From Hyphomicrobiaceae bacterium (lineage in GTDB: Bacteria; Pseudomonadota; Alphaproteobacteria; Rhizobiales; Hyphomicrobiaceae): a stretch of 37,548 nucleotides of DNA. The notes below the pieces were generated by a model, which was not told the origin of the DNA, made no database searches, and saw nothing but the letters and a program-made list of their open reading frames with translations. Positions 17,362-25,694 of the stretch are shown piece after piece. The translations under genes were made by a program, and so were the position numbers. Position 1 is the first letter of the stretch; the number at the start of each line of letters is the position of its first letter. Location of the stretch: NCBI GenBank assembly GCA_017353825.1, contig JAFMSC010000001.1:1-37548 (forward strand), written 5' to 3'.

Positions 17362-17499
17362 CGCCCCCGGGGATTGCGTTCAGCCAATGGCAAACGTGCG
17401 CATCTTCCAGCGCGAAACGGTACTAAGAGTCAAACATGTCTTAGTGGTGCGGATATGGCAGCTCTGGGCGCTCGACCGGAGGTTGAATGTGCCACGTCG

Positions 17500-17560
17500 C
17501 CTTGTTGGGGCCTTGTTGGGGCCTTGTTGGGGCTTGTTGGGGCCTTGTTGGGCCTTGCTG
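17500..17560. repeat. Tandem repeat, 10-11 bp x~5.5 (CCTTGTTGGGG)
   Basis: Seen directly in the 674-bp divergent spacer 17362-18035. Gives GGGG runs spaced by 6-7 nt. Confidence 0.95.
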
Positions 17561-18035
17561 GACGCTTCAGCGCGGCTCACCGCGACGCGGGCAGGGATCG
17601 CCGCCGGGCCCGACGCATGCCAACGTCTCAAGCCGTTTCGCTGCCGAGAGTTGCGCGCGGGAGACGGTATCGGTGTTCGGCGCGCCCCTAGCCGCCGTTG
17701 GCTTCGGCCATGAAGGCCGCGGTCGGCTCCCCGCCCCACACCAATCCGCCAGGCAACTGACGAGGATCGCCCGGACGGGCGGCGCTGGGAGGCGACCCGT
17801 GATGCCTACCACGTCAGCGGCGGCCGGCATTTTGTGGTTGGTCGTCGCCCTATCCGGCGGCGCTGTTCGCCCGGCGCCGGGACGCTGTCGTTCGGCCGCC
17901 CGAGACGATCATGAGGGCTTTTTGCCAGCGCATCGGGTTGGCGTCCTCTTCCAGGTTTCCGGCGGCCTGGGTTGCCCCGCCGAGCGGCGGCGTGCAAGAT
18001 CCGGCACGAGCATGGGCAGGATTAGGGGAGAGGTC

Positions 18036-18788
18036 ATGCACGTCGACTTGAAGGGCAGGCGCGCGGTGGTGACCGGCGGCAGCAAGGGCATCGGCCGGTC
18101 CATTGCGCTTGGCTTGGCCGACGCGGGGGCGGCGGTTTCGATCTGCGCGCGCGGGCGCGGGGCGCTCGACGCAACGGCCGCCGAGATCCGGTCGCGCGGT
18201 GTGACTGCGCACGCGGCCGAGTGCGACCTTGCTGACAGGGCCGCCATCCCGCGCTACATCGGCGCGGCAGCCGATGCGCTGGGCGGCATGGACATCCTCG
18301 TCAACAACGCCTCGGGCTTCGGCGCCACCGACGACGAGGAGGGCTGGGCCCGAAGCCTCGACATCGACGTGATGGCCACGGTGCGCGCCTCGCACGCCGC
18401 CATCGCCTTCATCGAGCGGGCGGGCGGCGGCGCCATTCTCAACATTTCGTCGATCTCGGCATATCACGCGAGCACCCGCACCCCGCCCTATGCGGCGGTG
18501 AAGGCGGCATTGATCAACTACACGCTGTCGCAGGCGCTGTTGCTGGCGCCCAAGCACATCCGCGTGAACGCCATCGCGCCGGGGTCCATCGAGTTTCCCG
18601 GCGGCCTCTGGGAGAAGCGCAAGACGGCGGATCCCAAGCTCTACAACGCCGTCCTGCGGTCGATCCCCTGGGGCCGACTCGGCCGCCCCGAGGAAGTGGC
18701 CAGCGTCGCCGTGTTCCTGGTCAGCGACGCGGCGGCCTGGGTTACCGGCCAGACGCTGATCGTCGACGGCGGCCAGACCCTGGGTTGA
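18036..18788 (+). CDS. SDR-family oxidoreductase
   Basis: ATG at 18036 with AGGGGAGAGG upstream. 'VVTGGSKGIGRSIA' (TGxxxGxG), 'NNAS', 'YAAVKAAL' (YxxxK). The ORF part upstream of 18036 is Arg/Ala-rich. Confidence 0.92.
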   Translation: MHVDLKGRRAVVTGGSKGIGRSIALGLADAGAAVSICARGRGALDATAAEIRSRGVTAHAAECDLADRAAIPRYIGAAADALGGMDILVNNASGFGATDDEEGWARSLDIDVMATVRASHAAIAFIERAGGGAILNISSISAYHASTRTPPYAAVKAALINYTLSQALLLAPKHIRVNAIAPGSIEFPGGLWEKRKTADPKLYNAVLRSIPWGRLGRPEEVASVAVFLVSDAAAWVTGQTLIVDGGQTLG

Positions 18789-18832
18789 GCCCGGCCCCTT
18801 GTGAAGATCACGGTCGACCGGACGTCCGGCCG

Positions 18833-19129
18833 TCAGTCGCTGCAGGGAACGGCGCGAGCGCGGCAGAACCAGCGCCCCCCGCCTTCGCGCCGGGTGCAGC
18901 GCGTTGACTTGTTGATTGCCCGCGACCACAGTGCGAAGTTGCTGCCGATGTTCTCGCTCACCTGACCGCGCCAGTCGGAGCGCGCGGCAATCCCGGTGGT
19001 GGTGGCGAAAATGCCTTCCGATTCGCCGACATAAAAACGCGACGCGCACCTGGCGTCGGCGATGGAGGCCGTGGCCAGCGTCGCGACGACGAGCGCGGCA
19101 GCGCCGTGCAATCCCTTGCGTGCAATCAT
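18833..19129 (-). CDS. Small secreted Cys-containing protein, unknown function
   Basis: 98 aa, signal peptide 'AAALVVATLATASIADA', four Cys in the mature part, high GC3. Confidence 0.55.
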   Translation of the reverse strand: MIARKGLHGAAALVVATLATASIADARCASRFYVGESEGIFATTTGIAARSDWRGQVSENIGSNFALWSRAINKSTRCTRREGGGRWFCRARAVPCSD

Positions 19130-19288
19130 GTTTCTGTCCCTTCAGGCGGGCCCCGGGGTCAGACTTGTCGGCCCTTCCGGGCACCACCAATACGATTGCC
19201 AATGAGGCCCTCAGAGGGCGTCTGACCCGGCCAGAGCTAGCCACGAGCCGTGATGGCTTGCAAGCCGTCTGTCACTGGCCTGAGGGAT

Positions 19289-20086
19289 CTATCCCACGCC
19301 GACCAAAGCCTGCAGCGCGCTGCACGGCGCAACGCCGGCTTGCGGTGCAACCTGAGCCTCGGGATAGCGCAGCGAGGTGCGTACCGTGACCTGCCAGATC
19401 TTGTCGGTGGCAGAGCTCCGCTGCGCGGCGGGCAGCGCCTCCAGACGCTGCCATTCGCGCGCGAAGTCGTACAGACGCGCCCGGCGCGGCCGGTATCCCG
19501 AGTGCGCGACGCCCAGCCGTTCCACATAGTCGGGGTCGGCGAGCTTATCGATCAGACTAGGGCTGACCACCATGAGAACCAGCCTGGCGACCTCGTCGCG
19601 CAGCCCGCTGCCATCGTGGTCCTGCTCCGCGTAGGCGGCAAAGCCGAACAGCGTCTCGTCATCGCGCGTGGGGCGGCCGTGCACGAAATCCATGTTGGCC
19701 GCCGGGTCGAGCCCGGTGATCATGTCCTTGCCCTCGTCCATCATCATGCGATGCGCAACCCAACTCGGAAGGCGCAGGAGGCCCGGATGCTTCGCCGCTT
19801 CCTTGCGCACATGCCGAACGAGGTTGGGGTTTGTGAACCACCTCTCCATGGCCGAGGCGCTGCCCTGGCTGATGATGTGCAGCACGTCTCTGCCAGCCTC
19901 GGCCCTGATGCCGTACATCTCGATCACGATCGAGCTGGAGACGAGATCCTCCCGCCTGAAGCGGACCCAGCCTCGATGCTCCGACCAGCGGCCGATGATG
20001 AAGCTGGCAGCGGCGATGGCCCCGGCGATCACCGCCGACAGGACGCGCGCAAGCTCGCCCGTCAGATCCAGGCCGAAGAGCTGCAC
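19289..20086 (-). CDS. Hypothetical protein with one N-terminal transmembrane helix
   Basis: ORF 19289..20101. GTG at 20084-20086 has GGGGGAGG 5 nt upstream. TM 'VLSAVIAGAIAAASFIIG'. The remaining ~230 aa have balanced composition and no family I recognise. The overlapping plus-strand ORF looks like an antisense shadow. Confidence 0.55.
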   Translation of the reverse strand: MQLFGLDLTGELARVLSAVIAGAIAAASFIIGRWSEHRGWVRFRREDLVSSSIVIEMYGIRAEAGRDVLHIISQGSASAMERWFTNPNLVRHVRKEAAKHPGLLRLPSWVAHRMMMDEGKDMITGLDPAANMDFVHGRPTRDDETLFGFAAYAEQDHDGSGLRDEVARLVLMVVSPSLIDKLADPDYVERLGVAHSGYRPRRARLYDFAREWQRLEALPAAQRSSATDKIWQVTVRTSLRYPEAQVAPQAGVAPCSALQALVGVG

Positions 20087-21134
20087 CGTGGCCTCCCCCA
20101 AACCATGTCAAGAACAGCATGGTGCGGGACATGAGCCTGCACCGACCTTCCCAAGGCGCGGCGAATCTGCGCCAATCCGGGCTTCAGGACAAGGCGCGCA
20201 GCGCCTGGACGGCCCTGGCAGCTGGTCGTCCACGATCGGAGCAAGTTCCAGGCCGCAAAGTTCGTAGCCTCCTTCTATGGGCTTGCCGGCGCGAGCTGTC
20301 GCAAGCCGGCCTCCGAGCCCGACGCCAGCCCGGCCATGGACGAGGCGCGGCTGCGCCACGTCCAACGCACCGGCACGAGGCCGCCCACCGCCGGCAGCAC
20401 CGGGTGCTGATCAAGCGCGGGATCGTGTCGCTAGGCGCGAGGGGACCGGCGGGGACGCCGCGGCGGAGTTCCTTGAAGCGCTGCCGATGTCGGAGGATAC
20501 GGATGGGCGTCGCGCACGCCCCATCGCGCCGCCTATCCCGAGAGCGTCGCGGGCGGGTGGCAACAGAACAAGGAGGAGGTGGCGTTCGCCGACGAGGAGC
20601 GAGGCTCTGGCGGCGGGCGAATTGCGGATTGGTTTGGGGCGGCGCCAAGGGTGCCATACGCGCGCATGCGGGCGAAAGCCGCGCCGGAGGATCGGCGACG
20701 GTCAAGCCGCCGGCCAGGGTTTCAAGCCGCAGCGCAGAAAGCCACGCCCGACCGCCCGAATGTAAACAGAAAATTCTGCAGCGCCTCGGTTAGGTCACGC
20801 TGCAAGGCTTGCCTATCCCGCTCATCCGCGCTCGTCCTTCTCGGGACGAGCCAAGCTTGACCCGTCTGTCCCCAGTCGCTGGGAGCACCTCGCCGCCCCT
20901 TGCGTTCGTTTGCGTCGATCTGTCACAAGCCTGGCGCATCTGGGGACGAGGCGCGATGCCACGGTGAACCGAGGCACGTATAGAGCCGTGCCAGCTTGCA
21001 ACTGTGGCGAGGCTGCCGTCGGTGCGCTGCCATGCAAGCCGAGGCCAAGGTCGAAGCTGGAAGGGTGGGAGCGCGCAGTCGCTTGCGTGAGATAAACCAG
21101 GTGCCGGTTGCTCATACTCCGGGAGGTCCACGTC

Positions 21135-22682
21135 ATGAGCCTGCTTCACGCATGCCGACAGATGGCGCGCCGGAGGTTTGGTATCGAACGCCTCCGCCCC
21201 GAGCAGGAATCGGCGATGAGCGCCGTCATCGAGGGTCGGGACGTGCTTGTGGCGCTCCCCACCGGCTTCGGGAAGTCGCTGATCTATCAGGTTCCAGCTA
21301 TGATCCTCGAGCGGCCGACGGTCGTCATCTCGCCGCTCATTGCGCTCATGGCGGACCAGGAGCGCGCCCTCAAGAGCCGCGGAGTGCCCGTGGTTGCGCT
21401 CCACAGTGCACTGCGCCAGGCCGAGCGTCGCGCCGCGCTCGATAAGCTTCAAGATGGCGGGCGCCTGGTCGTGTTGACCACGCCCGAGACGCTTGAATCG
21501 AGCGCCGCGGCGTCCCTGATCGAGAGCGCCCGGCCCGCGCTCCTGTGCGTGGACGAGGCTCATTGCATCACGGAGTGGGGGCACGACTTCCGGCCGTCCT
21601 ACCTACGGCTCAGCAGCGCGCGCGAGCGGCTGGGCAATCCGCCGGCACTGGCGCTCACGGCGACTGCCACGCCGCGTGTGCGCGAGGATATCGCCGAGCG
21701 GCTCAACCTGCGTGACCCGGTCGTGATCGTCGGTCCGGCGTACCGCGAAAACCTTCGCTTGTCGGTCAACATCGTGACCGACGCGGAGAAATCTCGCGCC
21801 GCCGGCCGCCTCATCCGGGCGTTGCGTCGACCCGGGATCGTTTACTGCGCCACGACGACGGCAGTGGACCAGCTCGCTGGGGTCCTCAAGCGGGTGCGCA
21901 TCCCTGCCGTCAAGTATCATGGCAGGATGCTGGCGGGCGATCGCGCCACCGCCCAGCAGCAGTACATGCGGCCCTCCCGACGCCTGATCATGGTGGCGAC
22001 GAGTGCGTTCGGCATGGGCATCGACAAGCCGAACATCCGCTACATCCTCCATTACCAGTCCCCAGGGTCGCTGGAGCAGTACGTCCAGGAGGTCGGGCGC
22101 GCAGGACGCGACGGCAGGCCAGCACACTGCATCCTCCTGTTCGACGCAGCCGATCTGGAGATCCAGGAGCGGCTGCAGGCGTTGAGCCGGCCGGCCGTCC
22201 GTCACTTGGAACGGCTCGGGGACGCGCTCACCGCCTGGGCGGCCGAGCAGCGGACCCCTACGGCGGCAGCGCTAGCGTACTCGGCGGGCGTGCCGCTGCG
22301 GATCGGCGAGGCGCTGCTGTCGGATCTCGAAGAGGCTGGGCTCGTTGAGCGCGATCAGGAGGGCCATGTCAGCGTGGAGGTCGCGCTCGACACGTTCCGA
22401 GACGGCGCCCGCGATCTCGTGGCCAAGCTGAAGACGTTTCGTTTTGAGGGGGAGCGTCGGCTCAGGACCATCGCCGAATACGCGCGGTCGGGGGAATGCC
22501 GAAGCGTGTTCCTCCGCCGCTATTTCGGGGAGCAGGACCCCCCGCGCTGCGGGACGTGCGATCGCTGCCGGGCCGGCCTTGGCCTGCCTGCGCGTGCCGG
22601 TCCGCCGCGGGAGAGGAGTTCTGCAAGAGGCAGACGCACCCACAACCGGCCAGCGAGAAGGACCGCGGGGCCGCGTCGGTGA
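21135..22682 (+). CDS. RecQ-family ATP-dependent DNA helicase (short form)
   Basis: GGGAGG RBS. 'LRPEQESAM', Walker A 'ALPTGFGKSL', 'LLCVDEAHCITEWGHDFRPSY' (DEAH), 'IVYCATTTAVD', 'VATSAFGMGIDKPNIRYILHY', 'QEVGRAGRDG', and Zn-finger 'CGTCDRC'. Arg-rich tail. Confidence 0.9.
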   Translation: MSLLHACRQMARRRFGIERLRPEQESAMSAVIEGRDVLVALPTGFGKSLIYQVPAMILERPTVVISPLIALMADQERALKSRGVPVVALHSALRQAERRAALDKLQDGGRLVVLTTPETLESSAAASLIESARPALLCVDEAHCITEWGHDFRPSYLRLSSARERLGNPPALALTATATPRVREDIAERLNLRDPVVIVGPAYRENLRLSVNIVTDAEKSRAAGRLIRALRRPGIVYCATTTAVDQLAGVLKRVRIPAVKYHGRMLAGDRATAQQQYMRPSRRLIMVATSAFGMGIDKPNIRYILHYQSPGSLEQYVQEVGRAGRDGRPAHCILLFDAADLEIQERLQALSRPAVRHLERLGDALTAWAAEQRTPTAAALAYSAGVPLRIGEALLSDLEEAGLVERDQEGHVSVEVALDTFRDGARDLVAKLKTFRFEGERRLRTIAEYARSGECRSVFLRRYFGEQDPPRCGTCDRCRAGLGLPARAGPPRERSSARGRRTHNRPARRTAGPRR

Positions 22683-22720
22683 GGGAGGGGCTGTTGCACG
22701 AGGACGGCGGAAGCGATCCC

Positions 22721-22806
22721 CGGTCTCGGCCCGCTCTCGGTTGGCCCCGCTCTCGGTCGGCCCCGCTCTCGGTTGGCCCACTCTCGGTTGGCCCACTCTC
22801 GGTTGG
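22721..22806. repeat. Tandem repeat, 15-16 bp x~5 (GGCCCSCTCTCGGTT)
   Basis: Seen directly, about 40 bp downstream of the RecQ-family stop. Confidence 0.95.
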
Positions 22807-22897
22807 GCTGCGGCGGTAGCGCCGTGTGGCTATGGCGCACGCACCAACCTTGCGCGCTCGATAGCAATGCGGAGATTTCGTTGTCTTGCGCTCGTCC

Positions 22898-23128
22898 TCA
22901 CTGTGGCGGCAGCGGCAGCCGCTTGGGCCAGCGCGTGAAGCAATGCGCGATCCGGCCGCAGTGGACGATGACTTCGCTCAACTGCTGTTCGCTGCCGGGG
23001 GCGTGCTCGATGCGCCAGTTGGGGACGGCGGGCCGGTCGGTGGCGGCGCGGAAGCACGTCCACTCCCATCTGCCGAGACAGATGAGATAGGGCACGCCCC
23101 AGCGCCCGAACGCGATGGTGATGCTCAT
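22898..23128 (-). CDS. Small Trp/Cys-rich protein (76 aa), unknown function
   Basis: ATG at 23126-23128 with AAGGAG 8 nt upstream. About 90 percent G/C at third codon positions when read by eye. No family recognised. Confidence 0.5.
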   Translation of the reverse strand: MSITIAFGRWGVPYLICLGRWEWTCFRAATDRPAVPNWRIEHAPGSEQQLSEVIVHCGRIAHCFTRWPKRLPLPPQ

Positions 23129-23215
23129 TGGCGCGTCTCCTTGCGGTGTGCGCCGACTATGCAAAAAGCAGCGTTACCGGGTGGTTCATGGGCGTGGTTA
23201 CTGTTCGGCTGCGCC

Positions 23216-23458
23216 CTACGCGCGCCGGTCTAGGCGCGACAGCGACGTCTCCGGCGGCTCGCCGCCCTTCCGCGCGCGGCGGAAGGCGGGCTGCGCAAGA
23301 AATTCGCCAGGGACCTGCATCAGCCCGACCGCGTGCAGGCAATCCTGTAGGTTCGCATAGCCCACCAGGGAGACAGCCTGCATCTCTCCGGTGTCGGCGA
23401 GGGCGATCCAGCGCCACTCGCCATTGTGGTCGAGATCGTATTCGTATCTGGTGGACAT
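23216..23458 (-). CDS. DUF1508 (YegP-like) domain protein, single repeat
   Basis: 'YEYDLDHNGEWRWIALADTGEMQAVSLVGYANLQDCLHAV' fits the YegP/DUF1508 repeat (F/Y-x-D-x-x-G-x-W-R-W...G-Y). ATG at 23456-23458. The long ORF 23216..23872 upstream of it is Pro-rich and was rejected. Confidence 0.65.
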   Translation of the reverse strand: MSTRYEYDLDHNGEWRWIALADTGEMQAVSLVGYANLQDCLHAVGLMQVPGEFLAQPAFRRARKGGEPPETSLSRLDRRA

Positions 23459-23684
23459 GGCGGCAATCCTTATCCCAGCGATCGGACCGCCATAGCCGAT
23501 TCGCGCGACCCCGACGCCAACAGGCAACCGCTTTCCCTCCTCCATCTCGAGTTTTCTCGCGAGATCGTGAAGTCGTGAAGTCGTGAAGCCGATCCTGCGA
23601 AGTCGCGCTACGCTTTGCCGCGACTTAGCGCTAGACTCTTCTCTCGGTGACGTCGGGGAGCAGCCTCTGCAAAGGAGGTGTCCC

Positions 23685-24101
23685 ATGACTAGCAAGCTCA
23701 TCATGCTTGCCGGCACCGCTCTGGCTCTGCTCATGATGTCGGCCGCTTCAATCCCGGCTGAGGCTCGCGGCGGCGGGCATGGTTTCGGTGGGGGTGGCGG
23801 GCATGGTTTCGGTGGGGGCGGACCCCAGTTCGGTGGCGGCGGACCCCACTTCGGCAGAAGCGGGCCCCGCATCGGCGACCGGGCCCAGTTCTCTGGCGGC
23901 CCCCGTTTCCAAGCCCACGCCTTCAGGGCGCACCCTCAGTTCTTCCGCAACCGTCACCATCGGCGCGTCTTCATCGGTGCGCCGTTCGCCTTCGGCTACA
24001 ACGACTATGGCGGCGACTGCTTCTGGCTGAGGCGGGAAGCCCTCTATACCGGCAGCCCGTACTGGTGGAGCCGCTACTACGCGTGCATCGGCGCGTACTA
24101 G
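23685..24101 (+). CDS. Secreted glycine-rich protein
   Basis: AGGAGG RBS 5 nt upstream of the ATG. Signal peptide 'LIMLAGTALALLMMSAASIPAEA'. GGGHGFGG repeats. Aromatic/Cys C-terminus 'CFWLRREALYTGSPYWWSRYYAC'. Confidence 0.75.
   Translation: MTSKLIMLAGTALALLMMSAASIPAEARGGGHGFGGGGGHGFGGGGPQFGGGGPHFGRSGPRIGDRAQFSGGPRFQAHAFRAHPQFFRNRHHRRVFIGAPFAFGYNDYGGDCFWLRREALYTGSPYWWSRYYACIGAY
23772..23861. repeat. In-frame tandem repeats inside the Gly-rich gene (24 bp x2, then 21 bp x2)
   Basis: GGCGGGCATGGTTTCGGTGGGGGY x2, then GGACCCCASTTCGG... x2. Confidence 0.9.
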
Positions 24102-24786
24102 CGGAAGTTGGGCGAGGGCGCACTAAGGGCCGGGAGCCTTGAGCTGCCCGGCCCTTTCGATCGGCGGCTCGAGGCTCCAGGAGCCGGTCGGGTGCGGCAC
24201 CATGCAGGGCGGGCAGCAGCCAGGCCAAGCGCCGGCGAGCTCATGCGACAGCGCCCACCACCGGCACGGGTTGCAAGCAGGAACGTAACGCTGCCAGCGG
24301 CGCAATGCTCGGCGCGGGCGTTGCGCATGGCGCTTTCGTGCTGCATGCGCTCCATGAGTTCGAAGGGATTGCGGTCGCCCCGTGCGTGCCGGGCGGATAT
24401 GCGCACGGCCCGCGCCCGGTCGAGCCGTCCGGCCGGCTGCATCTGGCGGTTCTCATTGAAGAACGCGAGCCACCATTTCGCGCGGCAGCCTCATGAAGCC
24501 GGCGAAAAAGCCGGCGAAATCGAAGCGCAAGGCCTTGCCCAACTTTCTCAGGACGGGTCAGCCAGTGCGGGGGCATGGAGGGCAAGATGGGTGACGTGAG
24601 ATGGTGGGGTTCTGTCAAGACCTGTCGATCAGATGCGGCATTCCAATGGCCGGCTCTCGGAACGAAGCAGCTTGCTGGCCTTGCCGTCGGGCCTCGAAAG
24701 ATCCCGTCGTGGCGTAGAGCGCATGCGCGCTCCTCGGACGCCCGCGCGAAACCCGCCCGATCCGGCGATTTTTCACGATCTCACCA

Positions 24787-24884
24787 GGGCCCAGACCACA
24801 GGGCCCAGACCACAGGGCCCAGACCACAGGGCCCAGACCACAGGGCCCAGACCACAGGGCCCAGACCACAGGGCCCAGACCACC
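24787..24884. repeat. Tandem repeat, 14 bp x7 (GGGCCCAGACCACA)
   Basis: Six perfect copies plus one partial copy, ending 15 bp from the ilvH stop codon. Confidence 0.97.
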
Positions 24885-24899
24885 CAGTGTCGGCCTCAC

Positions 24900-25448
24900 T
24901 CACATCCCCTTGGGGCCGCGGGAGATGGCAGCAATGCCGGTGCGCGAGACCTCGACCAGGCCAAGCTCGGTCATGATCGAGATGAACTGCTCGATCTTGC
25001 TGGTGCGGCCCGTCAACTCGAACACGAAGTGCTCGGTGGAGGCGTCGATCACGTTGGCACGGAAGATCTCGGCGAGCCTGAGCGCCTCGATGCGCTTCTC
25101 GCCCCTGCCGGACACCTTCACCAGCACGAGCTCGCGCTCCAACGGCCGGCCGGTCACCGTGAGGTCGACCACGCGATGCACGTTGACGAGCCGCTCCAGC
25201 TGGCTCTTGATCTGACCCAACACCTGCGGCGTGCCGGTGGTGACAATGGTGAAGCGCGAAAGATGCTTCTCGTGCTCGGTCTCCGACACCGTGAGGCTCT
25301 CAATATTGTAGCCGCGCCCAGTGAACAGGCCCGCGATGCGGGCCAGCACGCCCGGTTCGTTGTCGACGACCACGGAGAAGGTGTGCGTGACAGGCACCTC
25401 CTTGCGGTCCTCAAGGAAATAGGCGGAGCCGGGCTGTTTGGTGGACAT
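24900..25448 (-). CDS. ilvH: Acetolactate synthase small (regulatory) subunit
   Basis: 'HTFSVVVDNEPGVLARIAGLFTGRGYNIESLTVSETE' ACT domain. Start set at 'MSTKQPGSAYFLE' (CAT at 25446-25448), which matches the usual N-terminus of alphaproteobacterial IlvH. The 5' ORF extension runs through a tandem repeat. Confidence 0.92.
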   Translation of the reverse strand: MSTKQPGSAYFLEDRKEVPVTHTFSVVVDNEPGVLARIAGLFTGRGYNIESLTVSETEHEKHLSRFTIVTTGTPQVLGQIKSQLERLVNVHRVVDLTVTGRPLERELVLVKVSGRGEKRIEALRLAEIFRANVIDASTEHFVFELTGRTSKIEQFISIMTELGLVEVSRTGIAAISRGPKGM

Positions 25449-25449
25449 A

Positions 25450-25491
25450 GCGGTCTCATTCAGACGGTTCGCGGTCTCATTCAGACGGTTC
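25450..25491. repeat. Tandem repeat, 21 bp x2 (GCGGTCTCATTCAGACGGTTC)
   Basis: Two perfect copies abutting the ilvH start codon, inside the ilvI-ilvH spacer. Confidence 0.95.
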
Positions 25492-25694
25492 GTCATGGCG
25501 CTTGGGGTGGATCCCAACCCGGTAGGCCCATCACTTCGTGGAAGTCCCGGCGAAGCCGATCAATCCGAAGAACGCAAGGGCCTGAAAGCCGCGCGGGTCG
25601 TGCAAGAACAGGCCTCACTCATCTTCTCCGCGAGCGCGGGGTCCATCTTGGACGACGCCTCCGCCAGCCCGTTCGCGCCGTTCAAGGACCGTGG

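Noticed and set aside
17850-19244. 464-aa minus-strand ORF
   Set aside because: Antisense to the clearly recognisable SDR gene (TGxxxGxG, YxxxK) and to the small secreted-protein region. Arg-rich composition.
20900-21134. SOS (LexA) box upstream of the RecQ-family gene
   Set aside because: I looked for the alphaproteobacterial GTTC-N7-GTTC / GAAC-N7-GAAC direct repeat. Only a single GTTC (GTTCGTTTGCGTCGA, ~20905-20919) and a single GAAC (~20966) were seen, with no proper second half-site.
23459-23872. 5' extension of ORF 23216..23872 (Pro-rich 'PPPPNWGPPPPK')
   Set aside because: It is the antisense translation of the Gly-rich gene repeats (GGGG read as PPPP). The DUF1508 gene starts at the internal ATG at 23458.
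24787-24884. Possible CRISPR array (this and the other arrays)
   Set aside because: Units are directly abutting with no spacers, are only 10-27 bp long, and no cas genes are present. These are tandem repeats, not CRISPR.
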